Virus record (IMG/VR): IMGVR_UViG_3300032130_000010 | Location: 1-33,394 of that record | Source of the DNA: a virus | Taxonomy: Duplodnaviria; Caudoviricetes | Direction: 5' to 3' (one strand) | DNA length: 33,394 nt | In this document: positions 8,261-16,576 of the stretch, piece by piece | How the letters are laid out: every line of letters starts with the position of its first letter | Position numbering within the stretch: the first letter of the stretch is position 1 | Translations under genes and position numbers: made by a program | Notes under the pieces: generated by a model | Told to the model about the DNA's origin: nothing | Database searches by the model: none | Seen by the model: only the letters and a program-made list of their open reading frames with translations

Positions 8261-9622
8261 ATGAGCGAAGAAACAGTGGAAAATACGGCTACCGAAGAGG
8301 TTGCCGAGTCAGAGACAGCGCCGGTGGAGTCGGAGTCAAACCCGATCTTCGATGCCTTATTCAAGATACAGGAAGAGGATACCGAAGAACAGGCCGCCCC
8401 CGAAGAAGAGATATTCGAACGACCTTCCTCCCTTCACGAAACCCTTTACGAAATGGAGCGCGAAGCTTCTTCCGGCGAAGAGCCGAGTGCGGATGAAGAA
8501 AAACCGGCAGAAGAGGCATCTCCACCCGCGTCGTCGCCCAAGCTAAAGCCTAAGTTAAAAGTCAAGGGCAGGGTCGTCGACCCCGACTTCAAGCCATCCA
8601 CCCCTGCCCCTCCCCGTCGCCAGATTCCCTCCACCCCCGACGATCCTTTTGTTTCGGAGTTGAATGAGGACGAGAAGGATCGGTACAACCTAGCTAAGTG
8701 GGCTTCCCAGAATGTCCGAGGGCAAGAGTCTCTGGCTGGAGATTACCTAAACTTCTTCAAGGGACATAAGGACTACATCAACAAGAGGCTGGAGGAGGAC
8801 CCAGACTTGGAGCTTAAGGATGATGAAGGTTACAACACTTTCGTTGAGGCAGCTCGGCCGAAGATAAATATCAAGGACTTGGAGAGGGAGAAGTGGACGC
8901 AAGCCGCTGAACAGCGCGCCATGAAGCGCATGCAACCCGAAATTCAGAGATTGTCCCGCGAGCAAACAAGAATCCAGAATGCCCCAGTCGCCAAAGAGAA
9001 TATTGGTCGCGCTAGGAAACTTATGGTCGAGGCAATCCCTGAGGGCATGAGGAAGGAGCTTTACGAAAATGCGGAGGACTATGCCAAGCGTAATCCATTT
9101 GAAGTCAATATAGTGAACACTGCAGTCGCGAACGGGTTGGCTCTTACCCAAGCTTTTTACGATATACTTTACGAGATTGTAGACTACAATGAGCAAGATT
9201 CCGTCCACCGAGCTTTGAGCGAATTCATAAATTCCGAGCAAGAAAGCTTTATTCAATCGGGAAAAACCAAGCGAAATGGGAAATTATTCGTGCGTAGGGA
9301 GAGATTTCCGCATGTCCCCGACGAGGAGAAAGGGAAGTATTACACGTTTACCGACGATGACATTGCTCGACTTTTAGCAATGCGAACCAAGTCGACTATG
9401 GAGGGTCAACTGGATCAGATGAGAAATCAGTTTGCATCCGCAGGGTACACCCGAAGTGGAGTCCCTGCCCCCAGTGCTCCAGCGGCAACTCCAGAACCAT
9501 CTAAAGATCAACAGAATGCGACGCGGCCGATCCAGCCTACACAAATGGCGGGTGCTGCACTTCCTACTCCCCAAAAGAGCGCCACGCCAAAGAATACGGT
9601 ACTCTCCCTTCTGGATATGTGA
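8261..9622 (+). CDS. Putative capsid scaffolding protein
   Basis: Acidic disordered N-terminus, helical core, P/A-rich C-terminus. Lies between portal and capsid. Confidence 0.55.
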   Translation: MSEETVENTATEEVAESETAPVESESNPIFDALFKIQEEDTEEQAAPEEEIFERPSSLHETLYEMEREASSGEEPSADEEKPAEEASPPASSPKLKPKLKVKGRVVDPDFKPSTPAPPRRQIPSTPDDPFVSELNEDEKDRYNLAKWASQNVRGQESLAGDYLNFFKGHKDYINKRLEEDPDLELKDDEGYNTFVEAARPKINIKDLEREKWTQAAEQRAMKRMQPEIQRLSREQTRIQNAPVAKENIGRARKLMVEAIPEGMRKELYENAEDYAKRNPFEVNIVNTAVANGLALTQAFYDILYEIVDYNEQDSVHRALSEFINSEQESFIQSGKTKRNGKLFVRRERFPHVPDEEKGKYYTFTDDDIARLLAMRTKSTMEGQLDQMRNQFASAGYTRSGVPAPSAPAATPEPSKDQQNATRPIQPTQMAGAALPTPQKSATPKNTVLSLLDM

Positions 9623-9775
9623 TTATCAAAAAGAGTATTTGGGTTTCCATTTGAAGACCGAAATATTCTGTATCCCCCCGAAAATGGGGAAAATCCCCGC
9701 CGGTTCTTGTTTCTGAGGTTTTTCGGCTATTCTTAGGTTGTTACTTAATAAATTAGTTATCAACCAATAGTTCAA

Positions 9776-11692
9776 ATGCCATTAGACACACCAACAGCAG
9801 GTAGTCCCAGTACTCTTATACCGGGAAGCAATTCACTTCAGTCAGGATATGACGCACTTCCACGCATAGTCTCGGTAGATGACAGCACGGGCTGTACTCT
9901 CACAAAGGCTCACATCAAGGGTTTGACTCCGCGGGAGTTCGAAGACCTGTCCAATAAGGAAACTGATCTGGCTCGAGTTATTGCCAGTGCGGCCGAAGCA
10001 AAAATGCTTGGCGTCGAAGAGCGCGGACTTACTGCTCTGCTCACATCTTCAGTACAAAACATCAAGCCGCTTATCAATAAGGTAAACGTTGCTGAACAAT
10101 CAATTATTCTTCCTTACATCCAGCGTAGGCAAAGAAGCGTAATCAACGCCAACTACTTTGCGATTTCCGAAGGTGGAACTGGTACTGCCAATTACGCAGG
10201 CTCACATCCGTCATGGCCAGCCTCTGGTCTTGCCGCCGGTACGGGTGGGTCACCATCCTCCTCTGCCCAGTCTGGCGATTGGGTTGTAACGGTAAACCTT
10301 GGAGGTTCTGACTGGGCGAGTCCAATCTCGGACATCGAGCGCTACTTCCTTCCCGGAAGCTATGTAGTCATCAACCATTGGTCATCCGCAGGCGCTGCCG
10401 TCGAGGTTCAGTTTATGGTGATGGGCGCCATACCCAACACGAGTGTAACAGGCGTAAGCCAAGCAGATGTCACCCTTCGCCCAACCGGCAAGGACATTCC
10501 TGGCATCGCTGGCACCTTTGCCTCCGACTGGGCTGCTTTGAGTGCAGGCATGAAGGCGAAGTACGAACCCGCCACTGGTGTTCTACAAACCGTCGCGAAC
10601 AATATCAACGACTACGAGGCATGGTGTCGTAATCAGCCGACCGACCTCTCTGTTCGTCTGTTGGTTAACTGGTTGCAAACAACCCGCGAGTCTCGTGAGG
10701 TCAATGAGGAGTACAAGGATACTCTTGCCGCAATCATGTCGGGCAAGGTCAATCCGTATCTCCGCAGTATGGTTTATCAACCGCTCGCCGAGCAGAACAA
10801 GCTCGCCTCCAAGTTGTCGCAAGACCAATGGACGCGCGGCGTATGGTTCAATCAGGCGTTGAACAATCAGCAAACTCCGGAAACTTACATGAAGCTTCCC
10901 GGTGTTCACGATCCGGAAGACACCAATTGCACGCTCGAGTACAAGGCTCAAGCTCTTGGAATCAAGTCCCTACTTCGCGAAGCCAACAGGGTAACGCAGG
11001 CAGGAACCGCCGGTGACGCACTTGACTTGGATAAGCTCATGAGCGACCTGTACTACCTGAAGCGCAACCGCGAGCAGGACGGTACAACCGTTTCCGTAAT
11101 CGACTGCATGACGGATCGCATGACCTCCGTGAAAATCTTTGAGGCTTTTAACAAGTACTACAAAGACCGTTACGGCTGGGAAGTTCATCGCAATGCTCAA
11201 ATCGGTCAAACGATCGAGCATAACGGAATCATTTTGTTTAACTACAATGTCTACGACCTGCCGGATATCGGTTGTCAACTTGCGGTCTTCCATGATCCTA
11301 TGTTTGACGACCTACTCAACGTTGGGGCTAAGTTCAATCTCACCGCAGATGGTGGGTATGACGCCCAAACTCTTGAGGACGGTACCACGCAAGTGTTTGC
11401 CGGAGACAACGCCACTGCCGATTCGGACTTCAACCGATTCAAGGCTACCTCTCGCACATTGTGGTTGATCGACTGGTCCGACGTTAAAATCGGAGTCGCC
11501 GGCACGAATAGCGTTACTCGCAGTCAGCCTCATCCCGAGGTGGATCGCTTGTATAGCTGCCGTATGGATTCCGTAAAGCGTACATTCAATCTTCGCTCCA
11601 CGAAGTGGACCACCATGGTAGATCGCCCGCATCGTCACCTCATCATTGAAAACTTCAATGACCAAGTGAAGATCGGCAATATCACGGTTTAG
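9776..11692 (+). CDS. Putative major capsid protein
   Basis: Follows portal and scaffold, has its own AT-rich leader, and is followed by a GC-rich hairpin. No diagnostic motif recognised; the call is from synteny. Confidence 0.65.
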   Translation: MPLDTPTAGSPSTLIPGSNSLQSGYDALPRIVSVDDSTGCTLTKAHIKGLTPREFEDLSNKETDLARVIASAAEAKMLGVEERGLTALLTSSVQNIKPLINKVNVAEQSIILPYIQRRQRSVINANYFAISEGGTGTANYAGSHPSWPASGLAAGTGGSPSSSAQSGDWVVTVNLGGSDWASPISDIERYFLPGSYVVINHWSSAGAAVEVQFMVMGAIPNTSVTGVSQADVTLRPTGKDIPGIAGTFASDWAALSAGMKAKYEPATGVLQTVANNINDYEAWCRNQPTDLSVRLLVNWLQTTRESREVNEEYKDTLAAIMSGKVNPYLRSMVYQPLAEQNKLASKLSQDQWTRGVWFNQALNNQQTPETYMKLPGVHDPEDTNCTLEYKAQALGIKSLLREANRVTQAGTAGDALDLDKLMSDLYYLKRNREQDGTTVSVIDCMTDRMTSVKIFEAFNKYYKDRYGWEVHRNAQIGQTIEHNGIILFNYNVYDLPDIGCQLAVFHDPMFDDLLNVGAKFNLTADGGYDAQTLEDGTTQVFAGDNATADSDFNRFKATSRTLWLIDWSDVKIGVAGTNSVTRSQPHPEVDRLYSCRMDSVKRTFNLRSTKWTTMVDRPHRHLIIENFNDQVKIGNITV

Positions 11693-11717
11693 TAATTTTC
11701 ACTCCATCCACGCCAAT

Positions 11718-11745
11718 GCGGGGGTTTGCTAACGTGAGCCCCCGC
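11718..11745 (+). terminator. Stem-loop after the capsid gene (weak terminator or mRNA-stabilising hairpin)
   Basis: GCGGGGGTTTGC-TAAC-GTGAGCCCCCGC: 12-bp stem with G-U pairs and a poor U-tract. Confidence 0.55.
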
Positions 11746-11758
11746 TACCTTAATCATT

Positions 11759-12154
11759 ATGTATATACTTATTGAAGGACTAAATAACGACATAGGCGGC
11801 TTTAAGAGATTCCAGCCAGCCTTAATTTGCAACGTGTGGTCTGGTCTTGCCGAGGTGTCGGACGCCGAGGGTGAGAAGCTACTCAAATATCCATGCGTAG
11901 AGGAGTTAAACGAAATGCAGTGGTTCGCTGCGAAAAAAAAAGTGAACGGGGAGGCCATAGCGTACAGGGAGTTTACAACTCACAAGCAAGTCCCCAATCA
12001 AAACCCAAATGCGGTGTATGCGGAACCAGATGAGGAACCGGCACCGGTAGCGGACGACCCCAAAGAATTATTGAGCGTAGAAGAGGTAGCCGTCGACAGA
12101 CCTCTGGACGACATTAAACCCAAGGCAACTAAAAAGACCAAGGGCAAGAAATGA
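11759..12154 (+). CDS. Hypothetical protein with lysine-rich tail
   Basis: 131 aa ending KPKATKKTKGKK, a common type of gene directly after capsid genes. Confidence 0.7.
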   Translation: MYILIEGLNNDIGGFKRFQPALICNVWSGLAEVSDAEGEKLLKYPCVEELNEMQWFAAKKKVNGEAIAYREFTTHKQVPNQNPNAVYAEPDEEPAPVADDPKELLSVEEVAVDRPLDDIKPKATKKTKGKK

Positions 12155-12303
12155 TTGATACCCATGCCGGCATAGGGGTTCTTGGAGTGGCAACGGGCTG
12201 GGGTTTAGCTGATATTCATTTAATTTCGGCAACCGCCGCCGCTTTGCTTACGACTGTATATATGGGGTACGTGCTATACCGAAAGATCAAGGACGACAGA
12301 TGA
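12151..12303 (+). CDS. Small membrane protein, holin-like (not in ORF track)
   Basis: Hand translation MIDTHAGIGVLGVATGWGLADIHLISATAAALLTTVYMGYVLYRKIKDDR (50 aa). ATGA overlaps at both ends (12151-12154 and 12300-12303). Hydrophobic segments and a charged tail. Confidence 0.7.
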   Translation: MIDTHAGIGVLGVATGWGLADIHLISATAAALLTTVYMGYVLYRKIKDDR

Positions 12304-13232
12304 GACTTGTACGGCAGGAGGCGCTTGGTTCGGAGGTAAAATCAAGCGACGACATTGATCCGTATATAGGGGTAAGCGATGGTCGCCTCATGGTCGCCCA
12401 AAACCCATTGACTTCCGGCACCTTCACTTCGTCCGGTGGTGAACTTCCGAACATTTCGGCAAAGAGCTTCCGCCTCTCGAATTCATCAAGTTCCAATATT
12501 GTGGTTCGCAAGCGCCGAGTGCTCTTGTCGAAATACTTCGACGGAAAGAATCTTGAGGTCGTGGGCGATTCGGAATCAATTATTTTATCGAACCCATCAA
12601 TAGATACCCCACTAGGATCGAGTCGCGTGCTCAAGGTGAGGCATACCGCGGACAATTCGGCGTACTCAAAGATTGATGCGCCATTTGGCTTGGCGGTAGA
12701 TCAGTTGCTTCGATGCTTTTTTAAGGTAGAGAGTAATACGACCCAGTTGCAACCGCTTGGAATTTACTCCAACTATGGGGGGATTGACATCAACCATCCC
12801 GCTGTAGGCATAAGGGTGAACGCGGACAACTCGTTTGTCGTGAGAATCGGGACGACGGAAACAGTCGTATCGGGTACTTACGCACCGGGCGCTTGGCATC
12901 GGGCGACGATTAACGTCTTACAGGACGCGGCCACGGTGAGCGTAGATGCGTATGACGGGGGGGCAACCCAGACCTGGACTTCGGTCTTCTCCGAGGCATC
13001 CATGGCGTCTAGCGGTGTAGGTCTTGTTTCGGAGCTTCTCACGAAGGATAGCTACTATGTTGCTTTTGCCGCCGAAGCATCGGGGGTTCAGTATGTCGAC
13101 AATTTCGAAATACTCTCTGGCGATCAAGGTGGGGAATACCTTTTCCCCGGCGAGTCGAAAGAATACGAGTGCAATAGGACTTTAGCCGAATATGACACGG
13201 ATGCACCGGTTACAGGATACTATCGTGGATGA
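12300..13232 (+). CDS. Putative virion protein with a ConA/LamG-like beta-sandwich
   Basis: GAWHRATINV...VSVDAYDGG and VQYVDNFEI resemble concanavalin-A-like lectin motifs. Confidence 0.5.
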   Translation: MRLVRQEALGSEVKSSDDIDPYIGVSDGRLMVAQNPLTSGTFTSSGGELPNISAKSFRLSNSSSSNIVVRKRRVLLSKYFDGKNLEVVGDSESIILSNPSIDTPLGSSRVLKVRHTADNSAYSKIDAPFGLAVDQLLRCFFKVESNTTQLQPLGIYSNYGGIDINHPAVGIRVNADNSFVVRIGTTETVVSGTYAPGAWHRATINVLQDAATVSVDAYDGGATQTWTSVFSEASMASSGVGLVSELLTKDSYYVAFAAEASGVQYVDNFEILSGDQGGEYLFPGESKEYECNRTLAEYDTDAPVTGYYRG

Positions 13233-13645
13233 GGCTTTTAATTCTGCTTGCGCTATTTTTACTGACCTCGTGTTCGATCAGTAGTCTTTACCCGACCCTC
13301 GGCGCCACGGCGGGCGGGGCGAGTGGAGCAGTTGTGGGCGGACCCGGCGGAGCCGCGATTGGCGCATTTGGAGGAGCGGCAATGGGCGAAGTGTTCCGTT
13401 CCGGTTCGAACACAAAGGATATGCAGGAAAGGCTGAATGAAGCTAATGCAGTAGTCGAAGCCGTATCCGAAGGAGATGTATCCAAGTTAATCGCGGAAGC
13501 TTCAGCTCAACAGCAAACTTGGTTCGACAAGGTGGTGGATGGGATATATGATGTACTTGTCCTTGTGGCAATCGGAGCTGTGCTAGTAATCGCAATCCCG
13601 ATGCTTTACACGAAATTTCACATAAAGAAGTTAAACAAACAATGA
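13229..13645 (+). CDS. Lipoprotein with glycine zipper and C-terminal TM helix (u-spanin-like)
   Basis: Signal peptide and lipobox MRLLILLALFLLTS-C; GATAGGASGAVVGGPGGAAIGAFGGAAMG; C-terminal VLVLVAIGAVLVIAIPMLY followed by KFHIKK. Confidence 0.6.
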   Translation: MRLLILLALFLLTSCSISSLYPTLGATAGGASGAVVGGPGGAAIGAFGGAAMGEVFRSGSNTKDMQERLNEANAVVEAVSEGDVSKLIAEASAQQQTWFDKVVDGIYDVLVLVAIGAVLVIAIPMLYTKFHIKKLNKQ

Positions 13646-14373
13646 TGACATGGGCTGAGTTCAATGAGGCAGTAGTGGACCTCTTATTGACCGACGGAAT
13701 CCGTCGAGGTCGCGGAGTTGAGAAGTTTCGCGACAGGATGATCGTTGCGGGAGTGCGTGACCTTCAGCGGAACATACCCGAACTCAGAACTACCCCAGCG
13801 CTCAAGGTGTATGCCTATGGTGATCTTACTACCCACTCGGAAGGGAAGTCCGAAGTGGGGGATTTCGATTATGAATCAACTCGCCTTCTTGACATTGTAG
13901 TGAGGAGACTCCCCACGGACTCCAACTCCCAGTCGGCTAGCGTTTACTATCGCCCGAAGTTACTACTTACTCAGGACTATTATGACATAGTGGACGGCGG
14001 GGGACGCGCCCGCACTAACTCGTATCCCGGTCGCATCGCCTTTAATTCGGGGAAATTCTATTCTGAACCCGCCCTGCGGGAAGACGAATCTCTCTCCATT
14101 CTCTACAACACGGAAAAGAACTACAAGCCAATCAATGCTTGCACTGAGGCAGAGAAGGCAGAGGAAACTCGGCTAAATGACGATGCCGCTCTTGCCGTGC
14201 ACCATTTCGTAAAGTACCATTTTTCAAAGGACATTGACGACAATCAGAAGCTGGCATCCTCGAACTTTGAACTTTTCAAGAATATCCGTCGCTCAATCTT
14301 TGCAAACCGCAGAGAGTTGGTCGCAACGGAAAGTCCCACAATTCCAGAAGTAGGAGGAGCTCAAGTTGGCTAG
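13642..14373 (+). CDS. Putative head-tail adaptor (P22 gp4 / T7 gp11-like position)
   Basis: 243 aa. Helical N-terminus (MTWAEFNEAVVDLL), beta middle, helical end. Position upstream of the nozzle-like gene. Confidence 0.5.
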   Translation: MMTWAEFNEAVVDLLLTDGIRRGRGVEKFRDRMIVAGVRDLQRNIPELRTTPALKVYAYGDLTTHSEGKSEVGDFDYESTRLLDIVVRRLPTDSNSQSASVYYRPKLLLTQDYYDIVDGGGRARTNSYPGRIAFNSGKFYSEPALREDESLSILYNTEKNYKPINACTEAEKAEETRLNDDAALAVHHFVKYHFSKDIDDNQKLASSNFELFKNIRRSIFANRRELVATESPTIPEVGGAQVG

Positions 14374-16576
14374 CGGATTTGACAGAACCGCCCTGAAGGG
14401 CAAATTCACGACAGGAAGTGATCTTAACGAGAATGCCTTCTCTGACCTTATCGACTCAGTGTCTCACCCGACCGATGTCGTAGATACGGTGGCTACGGAA
14501 CCAACCGGTGGCTTGCCACTCGCTGCATCGGTGGGTTACGACATATCTCAGGACTTGGATACGGTAAAGGTGTCGGTAGCGGCAATTAAGTTGACGCAGG
14601 ATAATTTCGTGAACACCCATCCTACTGCCGCGCAGGTAGCCACGGATATTACATCATCATCAGACACTCTATTGGCGAACATAACGCAGGTAAGCGATTC
14701 CCTCGTCGGGTCGTACACGCCTACCACGGACATCGACACCGCAACCTCGGCTCTTGAGGCGGCAGACACGGCGTTGGACTTAAGGATAGACGCAACTAAC
14801 GCAACCGTATCATCTCTGAGCTCGTCCGCATTATTGAAAACTGAATTTGCGACGGAGAAGGCAGGCCTTACGGCATTGATAAACCTGAAGTCGAATTCCT
14901 CTCACCAGCATTCCGAGTATATTGTCGACGCCGACCTTACCCCTTATGCCAAGCTCACGGACTTAGCGGCAAAGGCAAGTGCCATACATACGCACCCAGC
15001 CAGCGACATAAGCGGTCTGGATGATCTTTTCACGACCCCGCTTGAGGTGCAGGCGTTAATAAATCAGAATCGCGTACTACTGGACGAGACGACAATCCTT
15101 GACGACTTTTACGACAAGGCAGAGGTTGACGAGCAGTTTCGGGTCAAGCGATGGCGCACGGATCAGGTTAGCCTCTTCAATGAGACGGTATTGTCCTTGG
15201 CGGCAATCCCAGCCACCAATATAAAGGATGAAGTAAACCTTTCCATAGCTGCGGTAAGAGTCTCTATGGACTCAAATAAGGCAGGCGTCCTTGCCGAGCT
15301 TTCAACAACCCGAGCCGACCTTGTATCCGAAACCAATCGAGCCACCGCGGCAGAAGTTGCGATTCAGGCGGATGTGGATGCAAATGAAGTTACTTCGACC
15401 GCGAATATCCTCGCCGAGCAGAATCGTGCGTCGGCTGCGGAAGTGGCCTTGGGAGGCAGGATTGATGACGTAATCAGCAACACCGACCCCGCGGCACTAG
15501 ACTCCCTTTCTGAGATAGTTACGCAGTTTCAGTCGAATGACAGTACGCTGAGTTCCGCCATAACCTCTGCCTTGGGTACTCACACAAGCGAACTCAATGC
15601 ATATATATCTGCCAATGACGCCTCCTTGGCATCGGAAGTTGCTCGGGCTGTCGCGGCAGAGTCCTCATTGCAGGCTGGAGTAACCGCGCTACAGACCGAT
15701 CTAGCAACGACTCAGACGAGCATAGCGACTCAAGGTGCGTTGGTATCTGCCAACAGCACGGATATTGCGGACAATGCCACGGCAATCGCAACGACGGCAG
15801 GAACCGTATCCACCTTGCGCTCGGACGTTGACTCCAATGATGTTGATATTGCCGCCTTGCAATCCTCCGTCGGCACCACGCTTCCCGCAACCATAGCAAC
15901 AATAAATTCCGCAATCGCCACCCTCCAGACCCAGGTTGGCGTTGACCTTCAGGCTACAATTGTAAGCATCCAGTCCGAGTTGGCGCTCCTCGAAAACAAG
16001 GTAAACATTACGATAGACCAAAAAGTTGCCGACCTTCAGGAGCAGGTGAACGCTTGTATGGCTCTTATTACTATTCTGGCGGGGACAAGCGGGTCAGGGA
16101 CTTATGATGATCTTGCCGCCGTCACCGGAGTGGAAAGTGCGACACTGGCAATAGCATCACCAATAACTTTATCATCCCCAGCCAACGAACCGTTGACGGG
16201 AGGGTTTGTCTCCATTCCGAAGAATGACACAGTGCTTGCGGGTAATGGCGACTATACCGATCATGTCTTCAAGGGTACCGACAATCCGAATCAATTGATT
16301 GCCTACAACTCGACGCTTGGTCAGTGGGAGTGGCTATGGGTAGACCCCGGCACAGGCGCCATATCCGTGATAGCGTCTCAACCGGACACCGACGATTCGC
16401 ATGTCCCCGAGTTTTGGTCGACAGTAGACCCCGGAGGTGTGTTTGCGGGCTTACCCGATCCACTAGAGGTTACCCCGGATCAGGGAAGCACCTCATCCGT
16501 AGTGAATTACCTAGAGGCTCTTAGATTCTTCACATCAGGGTACGTGCAACAAGGACTTGATTACGCGGGCGGTTAG
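14366..16576 (+). CDS. Coiled-coil tail fibre / spike protein
   Basis: Fibre motifs HQHSEY, HTHPASDISGL, DPAALDSLSEI, ExxRAxAAE repeats and long heptads. TTG start preceded by AGGAGGAG (14352-14359). Confidence 0.75.
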   Translation: MASGFDRTALKGKFTTGSDLNENAFSDLIDSVSHPTDVVDTVATEPTGGLPLAASVGYDISQDLDTVKVSVAAIKLTQDNFVNTHPTAAQVATDITSSSDTLLANITQVSDSLVGSYTPTTDIDTATSALEAADTALDLRIDATNATVSSLSSSALLKTEFATEKAGLTALINLKSNSSHQHSEYIVDADLTPYAKLTDLAAKASAIHTHPASDISGLDDLFTTPLEVQALINQNRVLLDETTILDDFYDKAEVDEQFRVKRWRTDQVSLFNETVLSLAAIPATNIKDEVNLSIAAVRVSMDSNKAGVLAELSTTRADLVSETNRATAAEVAIQADVDANEVTSTANILAEQNRASAAEVALGGRIDDVISNTDPAALDSLSEIVTQFQSNDSTLSSAITSALGTHTSELNAYISANDASLASEVARAVAAESSLQAGVTALQTDLATTQTSIATQGALVSANSTDIADNATAIATTAGTVSTLRSDVDSNDVDIAALQSSVGTTLPATIATINSAIATLQTQVGVDLQATIVSIQSELALLENKVNITIDQKVADLQEQVNACMALITILAGTSGSGTYDDLAAVTGVESATLAIASPITLSSPANEPLTGGFVSIPKNDTVLAGNGDYTDHVFKGTDNPNQLIAYNSTLGQWEWLWVDPGTGAISVIASQPDTDDSHVPEFWSTVDPGGVFAGLPDPLEVTPDQGSTSSVVNYLEALRFFTSGYVQQGLDYAGG

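Noticed and set aside
7382-8364. Long antisense ORFs with WH/WR repeats or poly-Cys
   Set aside because: These are shadows of the portal's Gln run and tandem repeats on the opposite strand.
9624-9775. Promoter or structured RNA upstream of the capsid gene
   Set aside because: Only short C/G runs and a -35/-10 pair with poor 15-bp spacing (TTGTTT 9707, TATTCT 9728). Not enough to call.
12844-12853. GAATCGGGAC, a partial match to the fibre repeat in another gene
   Set aside because: A single 10-bp match in a different peptide context (VRIGT); not distinguishable from chance.
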